From Gemmatimonas sp. (lineage in GTDB: Bacteria; Gemmatimonadota; Gemmatimonadetes; Gemmatimonadales; Gemmatimonadaceae), in contig JANNVQ010000005.1 of NCBI GenBank assembly GCA_031414535.1, positions 115,331-179,330 of the forward strand: 64,000 nt of DNA. The letters are read 5' to 3'. Position 1 is the first letter of the stretch. The number at the start of each line of letters is the position of its first letter. Below the pieces are notes generated by a model. It was not told where the DNA came from and searched no databases. It was given only the letters and a program-made list of their open reading frames with translations. Positions 8,733 through 18,617 of the stretch are shown here, one piece after another. A program made the translations under genes and the position numbers.

Positions 8733-9824
8733 CTAACCGGTAACTTCGCGCTCCACCGCCGCGCGCAGGATGCTCATGAAATCCTGCGCGTTGGTCACCA
8801 CGCCTACCGCCTGGTGCGTGCCGCGGTCCTTGAGCTTGCTCACCAAAAACTCGCTGGCGTCCACGCAGATGGTGGGTAACTCCTGCATGCCGCGCTTGTG
8901 GTCATGGTAGTACGCGGGTAGCATGTTGCCCACGGCAATGGAATGCAGCGCCGTCGCAATCATCACGGCCATCGTCGCGCGAATAGTGTGTGCGCGCGTG
9001 GCGTCCTGGGCCTTCACGGCATCGGTGAACACGTCCGGCAAGGGGCCGTCATCACGGATGCTGCCGCCGAGCACGAAGGGCACGCCCTCAACCACGCAGG
9101 CGTGCATGATGCCTTCCTTGATCACGCCCTGATCCACGGCGGCCTTGATGCTCCCCGCCTTTCGCACGGCATTGATGGCGCGCATATGCGCCGCGTGGCC
9201 TCCGGCCGTCGGCGCGCCCTCCTTGGTCATGCCGAGTGTGGTGCCGACGGTGGCCGCTTCGATGTCGTGTACCGCCACCGCGTTGCCAGCGAGCAGGGCC
9301 TGCACATATCCGTTGCGAATGAACCAGACCAGGTTGTCGCGGGCGCGTGAGTGCACCAGCGCCGGGCCGGTCACCCAGAGCACATAACCGCCGCGCCGCT
9401 TCTCCTCCACCAGCATGCGCGCAATCTGGGCGTAATCAATCGGCTTCTCGCGGCTGACGGTGCTACTCATGAAATGGAAATCACCGCTCGGGCCGGCTGC
9501 TTGCGTAAATCCGTCCGCGTGCACGAACACTCCGTGCGTGCCATCCTCGGCGCTGCCCACGATTACCTCGTCGCCGGCCTTCACGCGGCGGCCCTCGCGC
9601 ACCCACCAAGTCTTGTCTTCACCACGGACGAGCACGCCGTCCATTCGCGGCTCGTGTGGGAGCGACCACACGCCCTCGTCGTCGCGGATGTACGTGGGAA
9701 GGTTCGTGGTGGCAAAAAATCCGTCGGGCAGCACGCCGTCGCGTTCCACACGCACTGTGCGCGCCGCAGGCGCGTTGGCGAGCAACGGCTTCGTGAAGTC
9801 AGGCAGGCGATATTGTACAGTCAT
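8733..9824 (-). CDS. TIGR00300/LOR-SDH-domain protein, putative ornithine cyclodeaminase (AgrE/ArgZ C-terminal type)
   Basis: 'F.FMSSTVSREKP', 'GNAVAVHDIE', 'GSIRDDGPLP', 'LHSIAVGNMLP' and 'KLKDRG' motifs; directly downstream of arginase. Confidence 0.8.
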   Translation of the reverse strand: MTVQYRLPDFTKPLLANAPAARTVRVERDGVLPDGFFATTNLPTYIRDDEGVWSLPHEPRMDGVLVRGEDKTWWVREGRRVKAGDEVIVGSAEDGTHGVFVHADGFTQAAGPSGDFHFMSSTVSREKPIDYAQIARMLVEEKRRGGYVLWVTGPALVHSRARDNLVWFIRNGYVQALLAGNAVAVHDIEAATVGTTLGMTKEGAPTAGGHAAHMRAINAVRKAGSIKAAVDQGVIKEGIMHACVVEGVPFVLGGSIRDDGPLPDVFTDAVKAQDATRAHTIRATMAVMIATALHSIAVGNMLPAYYHDHKRGMQELPTICVDASEFLVSKLKDRGTHQAVGVVTNAQDFMSILRAAVEREVTG

Positions 9825-9831
9825 TGGAATC

Positions 9832-10743
9832 TCAGAGAATGCGTTTGCCAAGCGCGGAGCAGATGAGTTCGCAGGCAATCTCAGCCGTGCGATTGCGCTC
9901 GTCGAGCACGGGGTTCACTTCCACCATATCGAGTCCAATGAGCTTGCCCGTGTCGGCCAGCATCTCCATCGCAAGATGCGCCTCGCGGTAGGTCATGCCT
10001 CCGGGCACGGCCGTGCCCACGCCCGGCGCTTCCTCGGGATCAATGACGTCCATGTCGAAGGAGACCCAGATGCCCGCGGTATCACGCGTGGCGACGGTGA
10101 TGGCCTCTTCAAGCACGGCGCGTACGCCGCGCTCGTCCAGCGCGCGCATCGTAAAGGCCGAGATCTTCCACTTCTTGATGTGAGAGCGTTCGGCGGCATC
10201 CAAGTCGCGCAGTCCCACCATCGAGAGGTCAGAAGTACGTAAGGCCGGCTCCGCGCCGGCAATCTCCACCATGGCCTTGTCGCCGTAGCCGAGCAGTGCG
10301 GCAAGCGGCATGCCGTGCACATTGCCGCTCTTGGAGGTGCCCGGCGTGTTCAAGTCACCGTGCGCGTCAATCCAGAGTGCGCCGAGGCGCTTCTTCTGAT
10401 CGCGCAGAAAGCTCGCAGCACCGGCGATGCTTCCGGCGGCTAAGGCGTGGTCGCCCCCGAGCACTATGGGTGTGCGCCCAGCTTGTAGGGCGGCTTTAGT
10501 ACGAGCGGCGACGTCCGCGCACACGTCGGTGATGGAGCCCAGGTAGCGGGCGCCACGCTGCGCGCCGCGCGCGGCGTCCTCTCGCAGCGGCACAGCCACG
10601 TTGCCGGCATCATCCACGTCGTGGCCTAACTTCTCGAGTCGGTCACGCAGATCCGTGTAGCGCACAGCTGATGGGCCCATATCCACGCCGCGGCGCGACG
10701 CGCCGAGGTCCATGGGGACGCCGATGATTCGAACTTGTGTCAT
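9832..10743 (-). CDS. rocF: Arginase
   Basis: 'GGDHA', 'DAHGDLNT...SGNVHGMP', 'SFDMDVIDP..APGVGT', 'EVNP'. Confidence 0.93.
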   Translation of the reverse strand: MTQVRIIGVPMDLGASRRGVDMGPSAVRYTDLRDRLEKLGHDVDDAGNVAVPLREDAARGAQRGARYLGSITDVCADVAARTKAALQAGRTPIVLGGDHALAAGSIAGAASFLRDQKKRLGALWIDAHGDLNTPGTSKSGNVHGMPLAALLGYGDKAMVEIAGAEPALRTSDLSMVGLRDLDAAERSHIKKWKISAFTMRALDERGVRAVLEEAITVATRDTAGIWVSFDMDVIDPEEAPGVGTAVPGGMTYREAHLAMEMLADTGKLIGLDMVEVNPVLDERNRTAEIACELICSALGKRIL

Positions 10744-10838
10744 AGTCACGGATGCTACACTCGGGGTGATGCCCGAATGCTAAAACGCATAGGGATGCAG
10801 CGCATTCGCAGAGTATGCGAGCGGCGCTGCATGAGCTT

Positions 10839-12485
10839 TCACCCGGCCGTGATGGCCTTGGGCTGTTCAAACATGGATACCGCGAGTCCAACCACGACCA
10901 CGACCACCACGCCAATCACGTTGTGCCAGAGGAAGCTGACGCTAGGCACTCCAAAGGCCACGGCTCCCACGGCGCCCATCCCTGCGATGAGTCCAACGAA
11001 GGCCCCGGCACCGCGGGCACGAGGAATCATCGCGAGCACAAAGACGCCCAAGATGCTGCCGTAGAAGAAGGAACCGAAGCGGTTCACGACTTCAATGAGC
11101 GAACCTAGCGTCGCGGCGTACCCTGCAACGACGCAGGCAAACACGCCCCAGAGCATCGTGGACAGCTTGCCCACCTTGAGCGATTGTGCATCGCCAGCAT
11201 TGGGATTCACCCACCGCTGGTAGAAGTCCACGGTTGTAGCAGTCGCCAAGGAATTGAGCTCGGCGGCGATGCTCGACATCGCCGCAGCCAAGACGGCCGC
11301 GAGAAAGAGCCCGGCCAAACCAATCGGCAAGTAATCGAGCACGAAGCGCGGAATGATGTAGTTCACATCTTTCGTGGGCTCACCAAGCGTCTCCTGAGCT
11401 GTTGCCAGCGCCTCCGTGCGCACCGCCGTCACCTCGCGATCCGCTGCGGCAAAGGCGGCGGGATCTCTCGACTCGGCGGCAATCTGACGCTGCGAGGTGG
11501 CCACCGCGTACTTGGCATCCAACTGCTCGAAGGCGGCTGGCGCTGACGCTCGTGCCGCACGGTCTTGCGTCGGATTGAACAGCAATGGCGCGGGCTCAAA
11601 CACATAGAAGAGGAACACGCCGACGCCCACGAGGAGCACCAACGCTTGGAGTGGAATCTTCCAGTAGGCGCTCATCAGCAACGAACTCCGCGCTTCGTCC
11701 ACCGACTTTGCCGCCAGATAGCGCTGCACCTGGCTTTGGTCGGTGCCGAAGTACGAGAGCATCAAGAAGGTGCCGCCAATCAGGCCGGACCAGAACGTAT
11801 AGGTATCGGTAAAGTTGAACGAGAAGTCGAAGGTCTTGAGCTTGCCGGTGGCACCTGCGAGCATCAGCGCATCGTCCAAGGGCACAGGCAGGCGGGTGAT
11901 GAGCACGAAGACGATGGCCAAGAGTGCCGCGACAATCACGAACATCTGTTTGACGTCGGCCCAGGTGACGGCGCCCACGCCACCGATCACCGTGTAGGCT
12001 ATGGTTGGGACACCCATCAGGAGGACGGAGACCCAGAGGTCCACGCCAAGGATGGCCGAGAAGACCACGGCGGGCGCGGCAATGATGGTGCCGCAGGACA
12101 TACCACGACTGAGCAGGAACAGAAAGCTCGTCAACGAGCGCGTGGCCGGATTAAAGCGTCGCTCGAGGAACTCGTATGCTGTGTAGACCTTGGCGCCGTG
12201 CAGGAAGGGCACGATGGTCACGCCGAGGATCACCATTGCAATGGGTAATCCAAAGTAGAACTGCACGAAGCGCAGACCGTCGGTGGCGCCCTGCCCCGTG
12301 GTGCCAATCAGGGTGACGGCGGAAAGTTGCGTGGCCATCACCGAGAGCCCGACGGCCCACCACGGTAGCGAGCGACCGGCGAGGAAGTAGCCCTCGAGGT
12401 TGGTGGCCCCGCGCGAGCGGCGAAGACCATCGCCCACCACCCAGGCGAGGTACACGACGACGACCAGCCAATTGATCCAATGCAT
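10839..12485 (-). CDS. Sodium:solute symporter
   Basis: 'YFLAGRSLPWWAVGLSVMATQLS', 'GTDQSQVQRYL', 'AAAMSS'; many TM segments. Confidence 0.9.
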   Translation of the reverse strand: MHWINWLVVVVYLAWVVGDGLRRSRGATNLEGYFLAGRSLPWWAVGLSVMATQLSAVTLIGTTGQGATDGLRFVQFYFGLPIAMVILGVTIVPFLHGAKVYTAYEFLERRFNPATRSLTSFLFLLSRGMSCGTIIAAPAVVFSAILGVDLWVSVLLMGVPTIAYTVIGGVGAVTWADVKQMFVIVAALLAIVFVLITRLPVPLDDALMLAGATGKLKTFDFSFNFTDTYTFWSGLIGGTFLMLSYFGTDQSQVQRYLAAKSVDEARSSLLMSAYWKIPLQALVLLVGVGVFLFYVFEPAPLLFNPTQDRAARASAPAAFEQLDAKYAVATSQRQIAAESRDPAAFAAADREVTAVRTEALATAQETLGEPTKDVNYIIPRFVLDYLPIGLAGLFLAAVLAAAMSSIAAELNSLATATTVDFYQRWVNPNAGDAQSLKVGKLSTMLWGVFACVVAGYAATLGSLIEVVNRFGSFFYGSILGVFVLAMIPRARGAGAFVGLIAGMGAVGAVAFGVPSVSFLWHNVIGVVVVVVVGLAVSMFEQPKAITAG

Positions 12486-12487
12486 GA

Positions 12488-12595
12488 TCAGCTCCCGTAG
12501 CGCTGCTGCAGCAGCCAAAGGAGTGCCAACGCAATCACTTGGATAGTGAGCACCCGCAGGAGGGTGTCACGGACGCGCGGAGCCTTGTTGCTCAT
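12488..12595 (-). CDS. 35-aa single-TM small protein (below the ORF-track cutoff)
   Basis: Translated by hand: MSNKAPRVRDTLLRVLTIQVIALALLWLLQQRYGS; fills the gap between cls (3 nt) and the symporter (2 nt). Confidence 0.7.
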   Translation of the reverse strand: MSNKAPRVRDTLLRVLTIQVIALALLWLLQQRYGS

Positions 12596-12598
12596 CGG

Positions 12599-14056
12599 TC
12601 AGAGATAGGGGGAGAACAGTCGTGCCAACCCGTGGCCAATCTTCTTCCAGCTGGGGCGCGCATCCACGTCGGCGAGCGTGAGTTCCGTGGCCGCCGCAAT
12701 CCGCATACGCACTTCCTCGTCTAAGCGTTCCGCGAGGCGTTTGTCGTAGCACTCCACATCCAACTCAAAGTTGAGTCGTAGCGACCGTGGGTCCCAGTTG
12801 GATGATCCAAACAGCACCCAGGTGCGATCGACCACCAGCAGCTTGGTATGGTCAAACGGCTGCGGCGTCAGATGCACGCGACACCCCGGACGTAGCATTT
12901 GCCAGAGTTGCGCCGTGGCCGCCCACTGCACCAGCGGGATGTTGACCTTGGCAGGGAGTACGATGTCCACACGCACGCCGCGCATCGCGGCAATCGAAAG
13001 CGCGGTGATCAGTCCTTGGTCAGGCAAAAAGTACGGCGTAACGATGCGCACCGACTCCCGCGCGCCGGAAACGGCGCCGAGGAGAATGGTGCGGAGGATC
13101 TCGAGGTCGCCGTCGGGGCCGTCGGTGAAGACTCGCGCCGCGGTTTCGCCGCTCGGGAGCAGGGTCGGATACCACGCGGGCCCGTCAATGATTTCCCCCG
13201 TGGTGAAGGCCCAATCCTCGGCGAAGACTTCCTGCAATTGGCCGACGATGGGGCCTTCCACACGGAAGTGAAGGTCACGCACCATCCGCGGGGGATTGTC
13301 GCGGTGGATGTTGCGGGCCTGGATATTGATGCCACCGGTGAAGGCGAGGCGCCCATCTACCGTGAGCACTTTGCGATGCGTGCGGAGATTGAAGAACGCG
13401 AGCCCAGCATCGCGCACGCGCGGAAGGAAGAGCTCAGTCTTCACTCCGGCTGCGCGCAGCGCGAGGTAAACCGGCGGCCAAGTATAGCGCGCACCGACGC
13501 CGTCAATGAGCACGCGCACTTCGACGCCGCGCTTCGCGGCGCGGCTGAGGGTTTCTACAAACGCTCGCCCGGCCGCATCATCGCCAAAGATGTAGGTGCA
13601 CAGCGCAACGCTGTGGCGCGCGTCATCAATGGCGGCGAGCATCGCGGGATACGCTTCGTCACCGTTGTGCAGAATGTGCACGGCGTTGCCGATGAGCAGG
13701 GGCCGGCCGCTCATGGCCTCACCGAGCCTCGCGAGCGGTTTGTAGGCCTCGGCCACGATGGATTCGCCGTTGACACGGGCAATGGCGGTGTCGCGAGGCG
13801 TGGCACTGGGCAGGCGCCGACGCGCGCGCTGCAACTCCGTGGCGCGACGGCGAATACGGTTCAGTCCTAACATCGCGTACAGCACAGATCCTACCACCGG
13901 GACCAGCCAGATCACGCCCACCCACGCGATGGCCGCCCGCACGTCACGCTTCTGCACCAGCACGTGACCAGTGGCCGCGAGATTGAAGGCCAGCCAGATG
14001 GCGCCCGTGGCTAGGGTCCACCACTGCGGCAGATCGCGGAAAAAGTCCAAATTCAT
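12599..14056 (-). CDS. cls: Cardiolipin synthase (phospholipase D family)
   Basis: Two HKD motifs (HRKVLTVDG and HTKLLVVD), two N-terminal TM segments, 'SLRLNFE'. Confidence 0.9.
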   Translation of the reverse strand: MNLDFFRDLPQWWTLATGAIWLAFNLAATGHVLVQKRDVRAAIAWVGVIWLVPVVGSVLYAMLGLNRIRRRATELQRARRRLPSATPRDTAIARVNGESIVAEAYKPLARLGEAMSGRPLLIGNAVHILHNGDEAYPAMLAAIDDARHSVALCTYIFGDDAAGRAFVETLSRAAKRGVEVRVLIDGVGARYTWPPVYLALRAAGVKTELFLPRVRDAGLAFFNLRTHRKVLTVDGRLAFTGGINIQARNIHRDNPPRMVRDLHFRVEGPIVGQLQEVFAEDWAFTTGEIIDGPAWYPTLLPSGETAARVFTDGPDGDLEILRTILLGAVSGARESVRIVTPYFLPDQGLITALSIAAMRGVRVDIVLPAKVNIPLVQWAATAQLWQMLRPGCRVHLTPQPFDHTKLLVVDRTWVLFGSSNWDPRSLRLNFELDVECYDKRLAERLDEEVRMRIAAATELTLADVDARPSWKKIGHGLARLFSPYL

Positions 14057-14106
14057 CGTGGCGGGCGCGGTACGGGCATGGTCTCAGTAATCGGTCAGGT
14101 CGCACG

Positions 14107-14154
14107 CCTAAAAACAACCCTAAAAACAACCCTAGCAACAAGCTTAGGAACAAC
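14107..14154. repeat. Four tandem 12-bp units in a divergent intergenic region
   Basis: CCTAAAAACAAC CCTAAAAACAAC CCTAGCAACAAG CTTAGGAACAAC. Confidence 0.8.
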
Positions 14155-14256
14155 CTTCTCAGCCCTACAAACGTACACTTAGGGAGTGCGGGTGTGCCTG
14201 CGTTGCGGCAGCCCCTCCCGCGAGCCAATTTGCACCCTTCCCTCTCTGGAGCACCG

Positions 14257-14727
14257 ATGCCGGTCACCCTCACCGTCAATGGGACGCGCCGCACGCTCGA
14301 CGTCCCGGACGATATGCCCCTCCTCTGGGCTCTCCGCGAGACCCTCGACCTCAAGGGCCCGAAGTTTGGCTGCGGCATTGGGCAGTGCGGTGCTTGCACC
14401 GTGCATGTGAACGGCACCGCGACGCGGTCCTGCATGCTTCCGGTGTCGGCGGTTGAGAGCGCCGAGATTGTCACTATTGAGGGCCTCTCGGCGGACGGGA
14501 CGCACCCGCTGCAGCTCGCGTGGCAAGAGATTGACGTTCCCCAGTGCGGCTATTGCCAAGCCGGGCAGATCATGACCGCCGCCGCGCTGCTGAAGCGCAA
14601 CCCGCGGCCTAACGAGGCTGAGATTGACCGCGCGATGACCGGGAATCTCTGCCGCTGCGCCACGTACCATCGCATTCGCGAGGGCGTACAGCGCGCCGTG
14701 ACCACCGCCGCGTCGGAGGCCAAGTGA
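14257..14727 (+). CDS. Molybdoenzyme [2Fe-2S] small subunit (IorA/CoxS-like)
   Basis: 'GCGIGQCGACTV', 'QCGYCQ', 'NLCRC'; GGAG RBS. Confidence 0.92.
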   Translation: MPVTLTVNGTRRTLDVPDDMPLLWALRETLDLKGPKFGCGIGQCGACTVHVNGTATRSCMLPVSAVESAEIVTIEGLSADGTHPLQLAWQEIDVPQCGYCQAGQIMTAAALLKRNPRPNEAEIDRAMTGNLCRCATYHRIREGVQRAVTTAASEAK

Positions 14728-16937
14728 CGCAGGCTATTGATCGTCGCGGATTCCTCCGTGTCAGCGGCATCGCCGGTGGCGGACTCGTGCTTGGCACCAT
14801 GCTCGAGTACCGGGTCCATGAGCTTCAGGCTGCAGAGCTCGCCGCGGACGCGGACTTCACGCCAAACGCATTCATCCGCATCACACGCGATGGCAAGATC
14901 ACCATCATCGCCAAGAATCCCGAAGTCGGCCAAGGCGTGAAGACGTCCATGCCACAGCTCATCGCCGAGGAGCTCGATGTGCCTTGGGCCGCCATCACGA
15001 TTGAGCAGGCAGACAGCGACCCGGCCAAGTACGGTCCGCAGGTAGCAGGCGGGAGCACCGCCACGCCCACCAACTGGGAGCCGCTGCGCCGCGCCGGCGC
15101 CGCCGGCCGTGCGCTGATGATTACCGCTGCCGCACAGACCTGGGGCGTGCCAGAGGCCGAGTGCGGAACGCAGGGTGACGCGCGCGTGCATCACCACGCT
15201 ACGCATCGCCATCTCACGTATGCCGAACTCGCGGAGCGCGCCGCAGCGCTTCCGGCGCCGGATGCTGCCACCGTGCGCATGAAGGATCCAAAGGACTATA
15301 AGATCATCGGCCAGGCAATTGCCGGCGTGGATAATCACAAGATTGTGCGTGGTCAGCCGCTGTTCGGCATTGATGTCACCGTGCCCGGCATGTTGCACGC
15401 GCAGTACGTGAAGGCGCCGGTATTTGGCGCTGCCGTAGCCTCTGCCAACGTGGAAGAGATCAAGCGGATGCGCGGTGTGCGCGACGCCTTTGTCATTGAA
15501 GGCGGCACGCAGTTGGCTGGTCTGCTTCCGGGCGTGGCCATCGTGGCGGATAGCTACTGGAATTCGCGTGTGGCGCGAAATGCGCTCAAGGTGACGTGGG
15601 CGGCGCATCCGACCTCGCAGCAGTCCTCGGCCTCGTTCCGCGCTCGCGCGACGGAACTCTTGGCCGCTGAGCCGCAGCGCAACCTGCGCAACGACGGTGA
15701 CGTGGGTGCAGCACTTGGCGCCGGCACCAGAGTGGAAGCGGAATATGAGTATCCCTTCCTCGCGCACGCCGCACTCGAGCCGATGAACTGCACGGCGCAC
15801 TTTGCCAACGGCAAGCTTGAAGTGTGGGCCCCGACGCAGAATCCGCAGTCGGGCCGCACGCTCTGCGCCAACACGCTCGGCATCGCGCCGGCGGACATCA
15901 CTATCCATATTGTGCGCTCGGGTGGCGGCTTTGGCCGTCGCTTGAACAACGACTATATGGTTGAGGCCGCGGCCATTTCTCAGAAGCTTGGCGCGCCCGT
16001 GAAACTCACCTGGACTCGCGAAGACGATATCACGCACGACTTTTATCGTCCGGCCGGCTACCACAAGCTGCGCGGCACCGTGGACGCGAGTGGAAAGCTC
16101 ACCGCTTGGGACAATCACTTTGTCTCATTTGGCGAGGGGAATGGCTTTGCACCCGCCGCCGCCACGAGCCCGGGTGAATTTCCCGCGGCCTTTATCCCCA
16201 ACTTCCGACTGGGCGTCTCCACCATGCCGCTTGGCGTGCCGACGGGATTCCTCCGCGCGCCAACAAGCAACGCGCTGGCCTTCGTGTATCAGAGCTTTAT
16301 TGACGAATTGGCGCACGCGGGCAAGCAGGATCCGGTGGAGTTCCGTCGTGCCCTGCTCGCGCAGTTCGTCGCGCCAGCTTCGGTCACCGGCGGCGGACAG
16401 CAGCCGCAGTTCATGAACGCCGCGCGCATGCGCGGTGTGTTGGATCTCGTGGTACAGATGTCTGGCTGGGGCACCCGTACGCTTCCACGTGGCAAGGGCA
16501 TGGGCGTGGCCTTCCACTTCTCGCACCGCGGTTACTTCGCCGAGGTGGTCGAGGCGACGGTGGCGCGCGACGGCACACTCACCGTTGACAAGGTGTGGGT
16601 GGCCGGCGATGTGGGCAGCGTGATCATCAATCCCAGCGGTGCACTCAACCAAGTGCGGGGTTCGGTACTCGACGGAATCAGCGAGGCCTTGGCCCAGCAG
16701 ATTACGATTGAGGGAGGCGCAACGCGGGAGACGAACTTCGACAAGTTCCCGCTCCTGCGCCTGCGCAACGTGCCGCCGGTGGACGTGCAGTTCCGCATCA
16801 CAGAGTTTCCGCCCACTGGCATGGGAGAGCCAGCGCTACCGCCGGTGATTCCAGCACTGACCAATGCAATCTTCGCGGCCACGGGCAAGCGCATTCGCTC
16901 GCTGCCGCTTTCGTTGCATGACTTGAAGTGGAGTTAA
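14724..16937 (+). CDS. Xanthine dehydrogenase family molybdopterin subunit (IorB-like), Tat-exported
   Basis: 'DRRGFL' Tat motif; 'EVGQGV', 'GGGFGRRL', 'GMGEPALPP'. Confidence 0.92.
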   Translation: MTQAIDRRGFLRVSGIAGGGLVLGTMLEYRVHELQAAELAADADFTPNAFIRITRDGKITIIAKNPEVGQGVKTSMPQLIAEELDVPWAAITIEQADSDPAKYGPQVAGGSTATPTNWEPLRRAGAAGRALMITAAAQTWGVPEAECGTQGDARVHHHATHRHLTYAELAERAAALPAPDAATVRMKDPKDYKIIGQAIAGVDNHKIVRGQPLFGIDVTVPGMLHAQYVKAPVFGAAVASANVEEIKRMRGVRDAFVIEGGTQLAGLLPGVAIVADSYWNSRVARNALKVTWAAHPTSQQSSASFRARATELLAAEPQRNLRNDGDVGAALGAGTRVEAEYEYPFLAHAALEPMNCTAHFANGKLEVWAPTQNPQSGRTLCANTLGIAPADITIHIVRSGGGFGRRLNNDYMVEAAAISQKLGAPVKLTWTREDDITHDFYRPAGYHKLRGTVDASGKLTAWDNHFVSFGEGNGFAPAAATSPGEFPAAFIPNFRLGVSTMPLGVPTGFLRAPTSNALAFVYQSFIDELAHAGKQDPVEFRRALLAQFVAPASVTGGGQQPQFMNAARMRGVLDLVVQMSGWGTRTLPRGKGMGVAFHFSHRGYFAEVVEATVARDGTLTVDKVWVAGDVGSVIINPSGALNQVRGSVLDGISEALAQQITIEGGATRETNFDKFPLLRLRNVPPVDVQFRITEFPPTGMGEPALPPVIPALTNAIFAATGKRIRSLPLSLHDLKWS

Positions 16938-16941
16938 TGGC

Positions 16942-18003
16942 GTGAAGGCTTGGCTGGAAACGCGACAGGTGCTCACGCAGCTCGCCGAGTGGCAGGCTGC
17001 GGGGGTGCCCTGTGCCTTGGCCACAGTGGTGCGGGTGCGTGGCTCGGCGTACCGGCACGAGGGCGCGAAGCTCGTGGTGGCGGCGGATGGCCGTCACGTG
17101 GGCAACGTGAGCGGAGGCTGCCTCGAGGAAGACGTGCGCGAAGTAGCGCTCCGCGTCATTCGCACTGGTGAAAGCGAGTTGCGTGAGTACTGCGGCTCTG
17201 TAGATGAGATTCAGGCCTGGGATTTGGGTGTTGGCTGCGAGGGTGTCGTTGAGCTTCTCGTGGAACCTGTGCGCGATGCGCGCGACGGCGAGCGCGCCAT
17301 GATTGCCGCCGAGCACACGCATGTGGTGGTCACGGATCTCACCACTCGCGCACGCGAGTGTTTGGATGTGGGCGTAGCACGTGCACGTGGGCTTCTGGGA
17401 GGCGACTCACTCGAGTCGTCGATTGTGGGCGGACATTTTGTAGACGTGATGACACCGCCGCCCCGCCTGCTCGTGGTGAGCGCCGGCGATGATGCACGGC
17501 ACTTGGCGAGTCTGGCCGCATCCGTGGGATTCCGCGTCGTCGTTGCGGACCGTCGTCCGGGCTTGTTGAGCGTGGAGCGCTTCCCTGCTCCAATCCGTCT
17601 GGTGGAGACGGATGCCGCGCGACTCACTGAGCGCGTGGTGCTCGACGAGGATTCGTTTGCAGTGGTGATGACGCACAACTTCGTAGACGATACGGACTAC
17701 CTGCGCGGACTCCTGCACACACCAGCCAAGTACCTCGGCGTGCTCGGCCCTCGCCAGCGCACCGGGCGAATCCTCAGCTTGCTTCGTACGGAAGGCGCCG
17801 TGGACGAGTCGCGGATCTTTGGACCCGTTGGGCTCGACATCGGTACGGATGGCGCGGAGCAAGTGGCGCTGAGCGTGGTGGCCGAGATGCTGGCCGTGCG
17901 CAGTGGTCGGCGGCCGCGTTCGCTGCGCGAGCGTCGCGCGCCAATTCATGTGGACGTGCAGGACTCCAGCGCGTCGGCAATCGCACCGGAGCGCGCAGAG
18001 TGA
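16942..18003 (+). CDS. xdhC: XdhC/CoxI family Moco insertion chaperone
   Basis: 'GSAYR..GA', 'VSGGCLE', 'GVGCEG', 'MTHNF', 'GPVGLDIG'. Confidence 0.88.
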   Translation: MKAWLETRQVLTQLAEWQAAGVPCALATVVRVRGSAYRHEGAKLVVAADGRHVGNVSGGCLEEDVREVALRVIRTGESELREYCGSVDEIQAWDLGVGCEGVVELLVEPVRDARDGERAMIAAEHTHVVVTDLTTRARECLDVGVARARGLLGGDSLESSIVGGHFVDVMTPPPRLLVVSAGDDARHLASLAASVGFRVVVADRRPGLLSVERFPAPIRLVETDAARLTERVVLDEDSFAVVMTHNFVDDTDYLRGLLHTPAKYLGVLGPRQRTGRILSLLRTEGAVDESRIFGPVGLDIGTDGAEQVALSVVAEMLAVRSGRRPRSLRERRAPIHVDVQDSSASAIAPERAE

Positions 18004-18593
18004 GCAGCACTGCACCCGCGCGCATCGCTGCCGTAGTCTTGGCGGCCGGTGCGTCCACGCGTATGGGGAGCAATAAGCTGCTGCTACCCGTTGAGGGTGA
18101 AGCCATGGTGCACCGCACGGTGCGCCGCGTACGCGATGCCGGCTGCGATCCAGTCATCGTCGTAACGGGCCACGACGCAGAGAGCGTGCAGCTCGCGTTG
18201 GCGCCACTGGAGGTGAGCTTCGCGCAGTCACCAGATCCCACAGGGCCGACGAGTGCGTCACTACACGCGGGGCTGCGTGCCCTGCCAGCGGATGTCACGG
18301 CAACGCTGGTGATGCTCGCCGATATGGTGCAGGTCACCACGCCAATGCTTCGCGCGCTGGTTGAAGGCGTCGCGTTGGGCACTGAGCCGCTGGGTGTCTC
18401 GCGCTACGCGGACGTGCTCGCGCCGCCCTTGGTGTTTAAGCGAGAACTGTGGCCCGAGCTACTGGCCTGGCACGGCGAGGGCTGCGGAAAGGCCGTGGTG
18501 CGGGCACACGAAGCTGAGGCACGCATGCACGACTGGCCCGTTGAGGCGCTGCAGGATGTAGATACGCCCGCCGACTACGACGCGGTGCGCTGA
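18000..18593 (+). CDS. mocA: Molybdenum cofactor cytidylyltransferase
   Basis: 'VLAAGASTRMGSNKLLL', 'DVDTPADY'; operon context. Confidence 0.8.
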   Translation: MSSTAPARIAAVVLAAGASTRMGSNKLLLPVEGEAMVHRTVRRVRDAGCDPVIVVTGHDAESVQLALAPLEVSFAQSPDPTGPTSASLHAGLRALPADVTATLVMLADMVQVTTPMLRALVEGVALGTEPLGVSRYADVLAPPLVFKRELWPELLAWHGEGCGKAVVRAHEAEARMHDWPVEALQDVDTPADYDAVR

Positions 18594-18617
18594 GCCCTGT
18601 GGTTTAAGGCAGCATCC

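Noticed and set aside
14550..16118. 522-aa antisense ORF (likewise 12899-13870, 35350-36531, 38735-40015, 45465-46589)
   Set aside because: Shadow ORFs opposite well-supported genes; expected in high-GC DNA and with no recognisable motifs
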